A stretch of 64,000 nucleotides of DNA from an uncultured Verrucomicrobiae bacterium (GTDB taxonomy: Bacteria; Verrucomicrobiota; Verrucomicrobiia; Chthoniobacterales; Chthoniobacteraceae), in contig CAWIKF010000002.1 of NCBI GenBank assembly GCA_963836755.1, positions 1,472,001-1,536,000 of the forward strand, written 5' to 3'. A program made the position numbers and the translations under genes. The notes below the pieces were generated by a model that was not told the origin of the DNA, did not search any database, and saw nothing but the letters and a program-made list of their open reading frames with translations. Below are positions 1 through 8,361 of this stretch, in pieces (positions within the stretch are counted from its first letter, which is position 1; every line of letters starts with the position of its first letter).

Positions 1-1
1 C

Positions 2-154
2 TGCTGGAAGAAGCATTATTCTATCGCGAAGCTTTTACTTGAGCGCGGCGCCGATCCGAATGCCCACGGCGAAGGCACGCCTTTGTATGCAGCTCAGTCC
101 ACCGATCAACCTGACTTAGTATTACTATTACAGCAGCACGGAGCACATGACTAA
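2..154 (+). CDS. Ankyrin-repeat protein, C-terminal part (cassette; 5' end outside window)
   Basis: Manual translation KHYSIAKLLLERGADPNAHGEGTPLYAA...LLQQHGAHD* has the ankyrin motifs LLERGADPN and TPL. Confidence 0.8.
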   Translation, partial: CWKKHYSIAKLLLERGADPNAHGEGTPLYAAQSTDQPDLVLLLQQHGAHD

Positions 155-166
155 CTCGACCAAGTC

Positions 167-286
167 GCCTAACCATGCGATGCAGCTAACAGGCTCCGCG
201 CGTCACGGCCTGTGCTACAGACCCGCAGACCTACCGGCACATGCCGCGCCGCGCTCCGCCTGTAGCTGATCTTGTTCTCGTTAGGC
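167..286 (+). mobile_element. attC site 1 (120 bp)
   Basis: GCCTAAC...GCTGATCTTGTTCTCGTTAGGC. Confidence 0.92.
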
Positions 287-309
287 GTATTCGCTTACTC
301 TTTTACTGA

Positions 310-903
310 ATGGGAACTTCAATTTACTGTCCACATTGCCACAAGCACACCGAACTAAGCTTGGGCACATCCCAGTTTAGATGGCAAGGCCACCAAGTCG
401 AAGGACCGGCAATATGCACAGATGCATGGGAGCGGAATTGGTGGATTGGAGTCTGCAATTCGTGCAAGGAGACCTGTTTGGTTCTCGGCGAGGGAGACAT
501 CATTTATCCCCATCCTCTACCGACACCAACCGATCCAGAAATACCGAAAGACATTGCGACCGATTTAGACGAAGCCAAGCTTTGCTTTTCGGTTTCCTGT
601 TACCGAGCGTGTGCTGCAATGGCTCGTCGCACGATCCAGCTTACTTGCATCACGAAGGGTGCATCGAAAGGAGATTTAGTTGGTCAGATTGCAGAGCTCG
701 CAGCAAGCGGTGTTATCACGAAGGATTTGGCGGAGTGGGCGACTGTGGTTCGCTGGATCGGCAACGACGCCGCACACCCAAATCCTTCGACGGTCACGCA
801 AGAGGATGCCGCTGATTGCCTGCACTTAGCCGAGCAGTTCTTACATGTTATTTTCGTTACACCCGCACGAGCGAAGGCAAGGCGAGCCGCTCGTGGGAAG
901 TAG
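310..903 (+). CDS. DUF4145/HEPN-like domain protein (cassette)
   Basis: N-terminal CxxC motifs, AMARRTIQ, and RWIGNDAAH (Rx4-6H motif). Confidence 0.8.
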   Translation: MGTSIYCPHCHKHTELSLGTSQFRWQGHQVEGPAICTDAWERNWWIGVCNSCKETCLVLGEGDIIYPHPLPTPTDPEIPKDIATDLDEAKLCFSVSCYRACAAMARRTIQLTCITKGASKGDLVGQIAELAASGVITKDLAEWATVVRWIGNDAAHPNPSTVTQEDAADCLHLAEQFLHVIFVTPARAKARRAARGK

Positions 904-925
904 CTATGCTCGCTTTCGACCATAC

Positions 926-1088
926 GCCTAACCATGCGATGCAGCTAACAGGCTCCGCGCGTCACGGTAGCTGCTCCCCGCCGAAGTGGCGGAAGGGACT
1001 AGTGGATGTTGGCGGCCGGGTGAGCCAGACCCTCCACGGCAGCTACCGCGCCGCGCTCCGCCTGTAGCTGATCTTGTTCTCGTTAGAC
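926..1088 (+). mobile_element. attC site 2 (163 bp, with central insertion)
   Basis: GCCTAAC...GTTAGAC; arms match attC1. Confidence 0.9.
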
Positions 1089-1100
1089 GACTCGACCTAT

Positions 1101-1451
1101 ATGGGCTACGACACCACGATTACGAGACGTGACACTTGGTCCGCCGACGAAGGGCCGGCCATCACGCGCGCGGAATGGCAAGCCATCTTGGCTAGCGATG
1201 TGGAGTTGGAGCGCGTTGATGAAGAGGACACCGCTCGGATGCTCGATCCATCACGCCATGTGGCTCGCTTCTTCTGGTATCAACCCGATGGCAGAATCTT
1301 TGTCAAAAAGCCAAACCGGCCTGTGCTGATGAAGATGCTCGCCATCGCCGAGAAGCTGGGGGCACGCGTCATCGGAGACGACGACGAGGTCTACTCCCGC
1401 GACGGCGTCCCCGACAAACCAGCACCGTTCACCATCACCGACCGTTGGTGA
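1101..1451 (+). CDS. Hypothetical protein (cassette)
   Basis: ATG 12 nt after attC2; the ORF fills the cassette. Confidence 0.7.
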   Translation: MGYDTTITRRDTWSADEGPAITRAEWQAILASDVELERVDEEDTARMLDPSRHVARFFWYQPDGRIFVKKPNRPVLMKMLAIAEKLGARVIGDDDEVYSRDGVPDKPAPFTITDRW

Positions 1452-1474
1452 GGCCGTCTTCCAACTGCCCCGTC

Positions 1475-1577
1475 GTCCAACAACGCGCTCCAGCGAACAG
1501 AGGCTGGCGATCGGCTTCTCCTTGTATTCCACTTCCTTCTTCGCCAGCCTCTGTCGCTGAGCTTGAGTTCGTTAGGC
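1475..1577 (+). mobile_element. attC site 3 (103 bp)
   Basis: GTCCAAC...GTCGCTGAGCTTGAGTTCGTTAGGC. Confidence 0.9.
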
Positions 1578-1621
1578 GTCGCTACGTGCGTCCCGAGGAA
1601 GTAAAGCCAAAGAGACACGCA

Positions 1622-2185
1622 ATGAATCCGTCAAATGCAACAGCAAGCGGCGCCACCGTGGTGATTACGCATCGTGTGCGCGATGGCAAGGAGGCGGACT
1701 ACGACCACTGGCTGAACGAAATCGGGCCGCTTTGCCAAGCGTCTCCGGGACATCTGGACTGGCAGATTATCCGTCCCATTGTCGGCCTTACGACGACTTA
1801 CACCGTGGTCATTCGCTTCGATACCTGCGACCGTCTCCGGCAGTGGATGGGTTCACCAGACCGGCAACGGCTTATCGAGCGGGCGCGGCCGCTGCTCGTG
1901 GCGGACGATGATTACACGATTCGGAGCGGCCTGGATTTCTGGTTCACACCTCCCGGCACGGCCAAGGTTCCGGTGCGATGGAAGCAGTTTCTGATTACGT
2001 GGTCCGCGATTTACCCGCTGGTGCTGGGTGTGCCATTGGTGGTGGTTCCATTGCTGCATCAGTTCGGAGCGCCTGACAACCGATTCCTTACGACGCTGTT
2101 GGTCACAGCCACCGTGGTTTTCCTCATGGTTTACGTCGTTATGCCACGCTACACGAAGTTAGTTCGACAATGGCTTTTCAACTAA
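1622..2185 (+). CDS. Antibiotic biosynthesis monooxygenase (ABM)-like protein with C-terminal TM helices (cassette)
   Basis: VVITHRVRDGKEADY...GLDFWF...RWKQFLITWSAIYPL pattern. Confidence 0.78.
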   Translation: MNPSNATASGATVVITHRVRDGKEADYDHWLNEIGPLCQASPGHLDWQIIRPIVGLTTTYTVVIRFDTCDRLRQWMGSPDRQRLIERARPLLVADDDYTIRSGLDFWFTPPGTAKVPVRWKQFLITWSAIYPLVLGVPLVVVPLLHQFGAPDNRFLTTLLVTATVVFLMVYVVMPRYTKLVRQWLFN

Positions 2186-2201
2186 ACCAAAAGGCCGCAA
2201 C

Positions 2202-2325
2202 GCCCAACTATGCGATGCAGCGAACGGCTCCGGCTGTCACCGCGGCTGCTTCCGGCCTCCGCCTTTCCCCCATCATGCAGCCAGCGCGCCGCGCTCCGCA
2301 GTCGCTGAGCTTGTTCTCGTCAGGC
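2202..2325 (+). mobile_element. attC site 4 (R' core mutated GTT>GTC)
   Basis: GCCCAAC...GTCAGGC. Confidence 0.85.
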
Positions 2326-2365
2326 GTCGCTACGCCTTTTAAACTCAACAACAAAGAAACTAACC

Positions 2366-3121
2366 ATGTCGAATAAACTTGAAGGAAAAATCGCACTGAT
2401 CACGGGCGGGACGAGCGGAATCGGGCTCGCTACCGCTCAGCGCTTTGTGGCAGAAGGGGCGCATGTTTACATCACCGGCCGACGGCAAGCGGAGCTGGAT
2501 GCGGCTACGGAGAAGATCGGACGGAGCGTGACCGGTGTGCGCGGGGATGTGTCGAACATGGCCGATCTTGACGCGCTCTATGATACGATACGCAAGGCTC
2601 ACGGCCGACTGGATGTGTTATTCGCCAATGCCGGTGGCGGCGCGTTCGTGCCTCTGGAGCAGGTGACGGAGGAACACTTTGACAAGTATTTTGGGATCAA
2701 CGTCAAGGGGACGCTTTTCACCGTGCAGAAGGCGTTGCCGCTCATGCCGCCGGGGTCTGCCATTGTCCTAAACGCTTCGATGGTTTCGGTGCAGGGAGTG
2801 CCCGGCTTCACCGTTTACTCGGCTACGAAGGCGGCTCTGCGATCATTTGCGCGCACGTGGTCGGTGGATCTAAAAGACCGCAGGATTCGCGTCAACGTGG
2901 TGAACCCTGGTGTGGTCGTGACGCCGGGCTACAGAAACGAACTCGGGATGAGCGATGAGCAGATCAAACAGTTCGAGGCTCAGGCTTCGGCGACGACTCC
3001 GCTGGGCCGAACCGGCACGCCAGACGAGATTGCCAAGGCGGTGGTTTTTCTAGCGAGCGACGATGCGAGCTTTGTCACGGGCATCGCTCTGTTCGTCGAT
3101 GGCGGTGCGGCGCAAATCTGA
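2366..3121 (+). CDS. Short-chain dehydrogenase/reductase (cassette)
   Basis: TGGTSGIG, NAG and YSATK catalytic motifs. Confidence 0.95.
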   Translation: MSNKLEGKIALITGGTSGIGLATAQRFVAEGAHVYITGRRQAELDAATEKIGRSVTGVRGDVSNMADLDALYDTIRKAHGRLDVLFANAGGGAFVPLEQVTEEHFDKYFGINVKGTLFTVQKALPLMPPGSAIVLNASMVSVQGVPGFTVYSATKAALRSFARTWSVDLKDRRIRVNVVNPGVVVTPGYRNELGMSDEQIKQFEAQASATTPLGRTGTPDEIAKAVVFLASDDASFVTGIALFVDGGAAQI

Positions 3122-3156
3122 GTGGGAGGAAAGGGCTCTTGAATTTCATCCGCAAC

Positions 3157-3216
3157 GCCTAACTATGCGATGCAGCTGGCAAGCTCCGCCTGTAGCTGAG
3201 TTTGTTCTCGTTAGCC
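3157..3216 (+). mobile_element. attC site 5 (60 bp minimal form)
   Basis: GCCTAAC...GTTAGCC. Confidence 0.88.
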
Positions 3217-3286
3217 GTCGCTACGCGCGTCGAGGAACAGAAATCTTATTGAACTCACCCAACGGCATTTCGACAGCCCGACACTC

Positions 3287-3613
3287 ATGGACATCATTGA
3301 TCTATTCTGGAACTTCTCTCAGGACGGCGACATTCGTGACCTGAAGGCGTCACACACAAAGGCTGTCGGAAAGAATGCCGATCTCGTAAAGCGCCTTCAG
3401 GAGGAGAACTACGAACTTCGCATTCGCGTCAGCCTCCTGATCCGCTTGCTTATCGAGCGTGGCGTCTTCACAGCGGACGACTTCACCTCATTACTCAACG
3501 AAACCAAAGCACAACTAACAGCCGCAACGGCTAACCCCGCGCTGCAGCGAACCGGCTCGGCTGTCACGGCTCCTGCTTCCACCCCGCCGCCTTCGCCCGC
3601 CCACACCGCGTAG
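3287..3613 (+). CDS. Hypothetical coiled-coil protein (cassette; reads into attC6)
   Basis: ORF fills the cassette and its stop codon lies inside attC6. Confidence 0.6.
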   Translation: MDIIDLFWNFSQDGDIRDLKASHTKAVGKNADLVKRLQEENYELRIRVSLLIRLLIERGVFTADDFTSLLNETKAQLTAATANPALQRTGSAVTAPASTPPPSPAHTA

Positions 3614-3658
3614 GAGCCGCGCCAGCTCCGCCGGTCGCTGAGCTTGGGGTCGTGAGGT
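3529..3658 (+). mobile_element. attC site 6 (R' core mutated GTT>GTG)
   Basis: GGCTAAC...GTCGCTGAGCTTGGGGTCGTGAGGT. Confidence 0.85.
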
Positions 3659-3726
3659 GCCTCGCCGATCTCCCTTGACGCAAGACGAACTGGACCGACA
3701 AAGCATCAGGCAACTCCACATCCGCT

Positions 3727-4641
3727 ATGCCACACGACCACGAACACGGACATTCCCACACGCCACCGAGCAACAACGCTGCCTTTGCCATCGGCATCAC
3801 GCTCAATCTCGGTTTTGTAGTCGCCGAGGTGGTCTATGGCTTGGCGGCTCATTCGCTGGCGTTGCTTTCCGATGCCGGCCACAACATGAGCGACGTTCTC
3901 GGTCTGCTCATTGCGTGGGGAGCCATCCACATCGGCAAGTCTTTGCCCACCAAGCGGCATACTTACGGTTTGCGCCGCTCTTCTATTCTAGCCGCTCTCA
4001 CGAACGCCGTTGTTTTACTCATCGTAGTCGGCGGCATTACTTGGGAGGCTATCGGACGCATCGCTCATCCAGAAGTGGTTGCAGGCAGCACCGTCATGTG
4101 GGTTGCGGCCGCTGGCGTGGTCATCAACACTATTTCAGCGTTGCTATTCATGGCCGGGCGCGAGCACGACCTCAACATCAAGGGTGCGTTCATGCACATG
4201 GCAGGCGATGCGGCTGTCTCGCTTGGCGTAGTCTTCATCGGCTTCGCGATTCGCGCGACCGGCTGGCACTGGCTTGATCCGGCGGTTAGCATCCTTATCG
4301 GCGGCGTGATCGTTTGGGGCACCTGGGGTTTGTTGCGCGAGTCCGTCAACCTCGCGATGGACGCGGTTCCAGCAGGCATAGACCCTCACGCAGTCGAGGC
4401 GTATCTTGCCGGTCTAGCTGGTGTGCAGGCGGTTCACGATTTGCACATTTGGGGCATGAGCACCACGGAGTCAGCACTTACCGTTCACTTAGTCATGCCG
4501 CAGCCACCCGCAGACGACAAGTTCTTGCACGACGTCGGCCATGAGCTTCACGAGCACTTCGAGATAGGACACATTACCATCCAGATCGAGCACGGAGACG
4601 GGGATGTTACCTGCCACCAAGAGCCAGCGCATGTTGTCTAG
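3727..4641 (+). CDS. czcD: Cation diffusion facilitator (Zn/Co/Cd efflux, CzcD-like) (cassette)
   Basis: His-rich N-terminus, SLALLSDAGHNMSD, LNIKGAFMHMAGD, VHDLHIW. Confidence 0.92.
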   Translation: MPHDHEHGHSHTPPSNNAAFAIGITLNLGFVVAEVVYGLAAHSLALLSDAGHNMSDVLGLLIAWGAIHIGKSLPTKRHTYGLRRSSILAALTNAVVLLIVVGGITWEAIGRIAHPEVVAGSTVMWVAAAGVVINTISALLFMAGREHDLNIKGAFMHMAGDAAVSLGVVFIGFAIRATGWHWLDPAVSILIGGVIVWGTWGLLRESVNLAMDAVPAGIDPHAVEAYLAGLAGVQAVHDLHIWGMSTTESALTVHLVMPQPPADDKFLHDVGHELHEHFEIGHITIQIEHGDGDVTCHQEPAHVV

Positions 4642-4665
4642 CTCCATTAGGGCACTTCGCGCGCC

Positions 4666-4962
4666 ATGCGTAATTTTTCACTCATCATTCTGGCAAGCGT
4701 TGCAGTTGGATGCGCTCCTGCTCAGCGCACGCACTGCGTGGCCGTTCGTAGCGGTGTTCTCGGTGAGGCCGACGTCATCGCGATTGCACGCGCAGAAGTG
4801 GCTAGGAACGACACATGGGTTTCCAGAGCGACATTCGATGCAAAGCGCGACGGAGCGGGTTGGTCGGTTCACGTTTGGCGTGAGCCTCGCACGCCCGGTG
4901 GTGACCGCATTGTTTTGATTGATGAGAGAGGCAGAGTCACCGCTTATTCCCGTGGAGAGTGA
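4666..4962 (+). CDS. Small putative lipoprotein (cassette)
   Basis: Signal peptide ending in AVGC; ORF ends just before attC7. Confidence 0.65.
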   Translation: MRNFSLIILASVAVGCAPAQRTHCVAVRSGVLGEADVIAIARAEVARNDTWVSRATFDAKRDGAGWSVHVWREPRTPGGDRIVLIDERGRVTAYSRGE

Positions 4963-4965
4963 ACG

Positions 4966-5089
4966 GCCTAACCATGCGATGCAGCGAACCGCTCCGTGCG
5001 TCACGGCACCTGCTTCCGCCGCCACCTTTCCGCCCACCATGCAGGTGCCGCGCCGCACTCCGCGGTCGCTGATCTTGTGGTCGTTAGGC
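4966..5089 (+). mobile_element. attC site 7 (124 bp)
   Basis: GCCTAAC...GTTAGGC. Confidence 0.92.
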
Positions 5090-5109
5090 GACTCAGAGCA
5101 TCCTTTCCG

Positions 5110-5538
5110 ATGAACGCACGCTTTCAGCAGCAAAGACAGCGCCGAAGCAATCTTTCCATTGTTGCTCTGATCCTTCTTATCGCATTGCTTTTATTTCCAT
5201 CACTGGCCGGCCTGCGATTGGCTCGCTCTTTCGATCCGCGCTTTATCTTCGGCTATCTTGTCATTATCTCTGGGCTCACGTTTTGGCTCTACTGGCACGA
5301 CAAGCGCAGAGCAGAAGTGGATGGCTGGAGGACACCAGAAGCCACCTTGCATCTCGCCGAGCTACTTGGCGGATGGCCTGCTGCTTTTCTCGCCCAGCGC
5401 ACTTTTCGTCACAAGATTTCCAAGACCCGTTATCAAATCGCATTTTGGGCTATCGTTGCATTCCACGAGGCGGCATCGTTCGACTTTGTTTCCGAGTGGC
5501 ATTATTCCCGAGCAGCGATCAGACTCTTGCACCCATGA
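5110..5538 (+). CDS. DUF1294 membrane protein (cassette)
   Basis: DKRRA...WRTPEATLHL..LLGGWP....AQRTFRHK signature. Confidence 0.88.
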   Translation: MNARFQQQRQRRSNLSIVALILLIALLLFPSLAGLRLARSFDPRFIFGYLVIISGLTFWLYWHDKRRAEVDGWRTPEATLHLAELLGGWPAAFLAQRTFRHKISKTRYQIAFWAIVAFHEAASFDFVSEWHYSRAAIRLLHP

Positions 5539-5542
5539 AGTC

Positions 5543-5602
5543 GACTAACGCTGCGATGCAACTAATAGGCTCCGCCTCTAGCTGATCTTGTTTCCGTTAG
5601 GT
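5543..5602 (+). mobile_element. attC site 8 (60 bp)
   Basis: GACTAAC...GTTAGGT. Confidence 0.85.
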
Positions 5603-5640
5603 GCCATTCGCACACCAATTTGAACGGTTCTCAAACGTGG

Positions 5641-6207
5641 ATGAAAACATCAAGCCAGAAGGCATTTACGTTGGTGGAGCTAATATGTGTTGTGGCGATT
5701 ATCGCCGTATTAGCTGCGCTGCTGGCGGGGCTTTATTCGCATGTTCAGGAATCCGGCAGGCAGACGAAATGCTTGCATAATCTCACTCAAATTGCGACAG
5801 CGGTGCATCTGTTTGCCATAGATCACGAAGGACGTTTTCCGGTTTTCAAGGATTTCGACGTGCCGCTCGAACCATACATTCCCGATCCGCGCATCTTTTA
5901 CTGTCCTTCGGCGGAGGGTAAAGGGAATCGCGCCGATGGGCGTCGAAATGACTATTTCTTGAGTCTAGCAGCGAACGACTGGGTCTGGGATGCGGATGGA
6001 CATATCCACGCCGTAGGCAAGCTCGCACTCGTGCAGCCGAATCCTTCAAGCACTGTTATGTGTGGCGACGCGACCGGAAGCCTCCTAGCGCTTAGCACCT
6101 CCGCAGGAATGGCGGAAGGTTTACTCAGGCATTCTTCCGGCGCCAATTATGTCTTTATGGACGGTCACGCGAAGCTCATGACACCGGAGGAGCAGATTCA
6201 ACCATGA
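5641..6207 (+). CDS. Prepilin-type N-terminal cleavage / H-X9-DG domain protein (cassette)
   Basis: KAFTLVEL prepilin motif; C-terminal RHSSGANYVFMDGH. Confidence 0.9.
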   Translation: MKTSSQKAFTLVELICVVAIIAVLAALLAGLYSHVQESGRQTKCLHNLTQIATAVHLFAIDHEGRFPVFKDFDVPLEPYIPDPRIFYCPSAEGKGNRADGRRNDYFLSLAANDWVWDADGHIHAVGKLALVQPNPSSTVMCGDATGSLLALSTSAGMAEGLLRHSSGANYVFMDGHAKLMTPEEQIQP

Positions 6208-6238
6208 GGCGCTATTCAATCAAGAGCTTGAGATTGAC

Positions 6239-6298
6239 GCCTAACCATGCGATGCAGCTAACAGGCTCCGCCTGTAGCTGATCTTGTTCTCATTAGGC
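6239..6298 (+). mobile_element. attC site 9 (60 bp; R' core GTT>ATT)
   Basis: GCCTAAC...CTCATTAGGC. Confidence 0.85.
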
Positions 6299-6313
6299 CC
6301 AGAAACCACCCTC

Positions 6314-6946
6314 ATGGAATTCAATCGCAAATGGTTACGAGAAAACGGTCTTTCTCTCGTCTTCTTCAGCCTCTTTTGCGCTGCTCTTATTGCCCAGAGC
6401 ATCTCAGGCTTTTTCGGATACTCCGACACCTTGGTGACGCTGCACCGGCCGCCGATTAGTTTTGTGAGTTATCTTGGCAGCGGAGACTTCCTCGAAGGGG
6501 TGTTCTCCAACTGGCAGGCCGCGCTCTTGCAGCTTGGCTGTCTCATTCTTTTCGGGGCGAAGCTACAGCAAAAAGGAGCCTCGCATTCGCTAAAATCCAC
6601 ACCCGGCAAGGAAAAGCAGCATGGCAGAAAACGTGGCTCGTGGCTGTATCGAAACTCCCTTTCGCTGGCCTTCGCCTTTCTCTTCGCAGGATCGTTCCTG
6701 GGCCACGTCGTCTTCGGGACGCGGGCTTTCAACGAAACCCGTTCCCTGCAAGGCCAGGCGCCGGTATCCGTCGCCGCTTATCTGCGCAGCGGAACCTTCT
6801 GGGCAAAAACAGTTCAGACGTGGCAGGCGGAATTCGTCGCCATCGGAGTATTCTTGGTCCTGAGCATTTTCCTGCGTCAGGAGGGGTCGGCCGAGTCCAA
6901 ACCCGTTGACAGCAGCGACGACGAAACCGGAGAGGTCAACCACTGA
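6314..6946 (+). CDS. DUF6766-like duplicated membrane protein (cassette)
   Basis: Two internal repeats (ENGLSL..NWQAALL and RNSLSL..TWQAEF). Confidence 0.72.
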   Translation: MEFNRKWLRENGLSLVFFSLFCAALIAQSISGFFGYSDTLVTLHRPPISFVSYLGSGDFLEGVFSNWQAALLQLGCLILFGAKLQQKGASHSLKSTPGKEKQHGRKRGSWLYRNSLSLAFAFLFAGSFLGHVVFGTRAFNETRSLQGQAPVSVAAYLRSGTFWAKTVQTWQAEFVAIGVFLVLSIFLRQEGSAESKPVDSSDDETGEVNH

Positions 6947-6952
6947 CCCAAC

Positions 6953-7055
6953 GCCTAACCACGCGCTCCAGCGAAGGGAGGCTGGCGGTGGGGCTTGCAT
7001 TGCAATCCACGCCTTGCGTCGCCAGCCTCGGTCGCTGAGCTTAAAGGCGTAAGGT
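6953..7055 (+). mobile_element. attC site 10 (R' core GTT>GTA)
   Basis: GCCTAAC...GTCGCTGAGCTTAAAGGCGTAAGGT; same subtype as attC3. Confidence 0.85.
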
Positions 7056-7058
7056 CTC

Positions 7059-7441
7059 ATGACACACGTTTAAAGAATGACGAATTTCCCGAAAAATACC
7101 GGAAGTGGGTCGCCACTAATTTTAACAGCGATGTAAAAGAGCAGCTTTTCGACATTTACAAGGAGTCGATGTATGAGGAACAGAATGACGCCGGTAGAAT
7201 TTCCAAAACAATAGCGAAGGCATCCACGCTGTTCGCCAGATTGTCCCACGATCAGGAGAGAACCGCGAAGAAGCTCATAGGTCTCACTTGGGCGCTTATC
7301 ATCCTTACGTTGATCCTTGCGATTTTGACCGCTCCACTCGCGTATGAGTCCTATCTCAAAATACAGCAACACCATAAGACAGACAAAGACGGCACAAGCC
7401 AACAAAGGTGGCGTAGAGCCACACTAACTCCCAATCAATGA
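7059..7441 (+). CDS. Hypothetical single-TM protein (cassette; start uncertain, possibly 5' frameshifted)
   Basis: Open frame to 7441 with one hydrophobic helix. The first in-frame ATG is at 7169; the ATG at 7059 is out of frame. Confidence 0.45.
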
Positions 7442-7442
7442 G

Positions 7443-7473
7443 ACCTAACCATGCGATGCAGCTAACAGGCTCC
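7443..7473 (+). mobile_element. Truncated attC (left arm only)
   Basis: ACCTAACCATGCGATGCAGCTAACAGGCTCC is joined directly to the next ATG. Confidence 0.85.
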
Positions 7474-7836
7474 ATGCGTGCGCTCGTATCATTCGCCCTT
7501 TTGCTGGCAGTTTGTAGCTGTTCGCACAGCCATGACACCACGGCTGATTCGCAGCTTCAGCGGTTGGTTGGCCAGACAGCGACATTGAGCGGTAAGTTCG
7601 AGTTAGCTGGTAAAGTTGGCCCTTATATTGATCGCACTGGCGAGCCAGTTTATCTAGTGCCGCATGGTTCGTTTAGTTGGGCTTCGGAGTATGAGAAGAT
7701 GCAAGGCAAGGTCGTAAGCATCACCGGCATTTTACGTTTTCAGCATTGTGATCGAGTCAAGAGTGACACGCTTGTTGACCAACCAGTGGATTATTTTTAT
7801 TTTGACGCAGAGACAGCTAAGATCAGACTGGAATGA
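7474..7836 (+). CDS. Putative lipoprotein (cassette)
   Basis: MRALVSFALLLAVCSC signal peptide/lipobox. Confidence 0.68.
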   Translation: MRALVSFALLLAVCSCSHSHDTTADSQLQRLVGQTATLSGKFELAGKVGPYIDRTGEPVYLVPHGSFSWASEYEKMQGKVVSITGILRFQHCDRVKSDTLVDQPVDYFYFDAETAKIRLE

Positions 7837-7843
7837 GTATGGA

Positions 7844-7942
7844 GCCTAACAAGTCGCCGGAGCCGACCGCGGTTGGCGCTTGCCGTTCCGCTATCGCGGT
7901 TCACGCCGCGAGTCGGCGGTGGCTCAGCTATCTACGTTAGGC
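7844..7942 (+). mobile_element. attC site 12 (99 bp, divergent subtype)
   Basis: GCCTAACAAGTCGCCGGAGCC...GGCTCAGCTATCTACGTTAGGC. Confidence 0.9.
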
Positions 7943-7953
7943 CTCTATCCACT

Positions 7954-8361
7954 ATGCCGAAAGAACCTGCACCACTGAAGTTGAAGATAGTAGCTTATCT
8001 CTCCCTACTCTCTGGCGTTTCTGCCGTCATCAAGTGTTTCGTTTCTCTATCGCACAATTCGCTCTATCTGCCTTTTGACGCACTTGGCATTCCCATCTGT
8101 TTTGGCCTGCTCTACTACCGTCCAGCATGGCGCACACTCGCACTGATCTTCATCTGGATCGCTCTTGTCATGCTGCCGATTATTTTTGGCATGGGCTTCT
8201 TCGCTCAGACTACATATTTTGAGTTTCTGGGCATTCACATCGCCGATATTCCACGAATCCTGTTTTTTATTTTGGCGATCGCAGTTTATTCTCTCGTCGT
8301 TTGGCAGTATCGCGTTTTAACCGATCACTCAATTAAGCGTTTATTCCATGAACCGGCCTAA
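7954..8361 (+). CDS. Hypothetical 4-TM membrane protein (cassette)
   Basis: Hydrophobic ORF whose stop codon overlaps R'' of attC13. Confidence 0.7.
   Translation: MPKEPAPLKLKIVAYLSLLSGVSAVIKCFVSLSHNSLYLPFDALGIPICFGLLYYRPAWRTLALIFIWIALVMLPIIFGMGFFAQTTYFEFLGIHIADIPRILFFILAIAVYSLVVWQYRVLTDHSIKRLFHEPA

Noticed and set aside
3675..3710. TTGACG as an internal promoter of the czcD cassette
   Set aside because: There is no acceptable -10 hexamer at 16-18 nt spacing.
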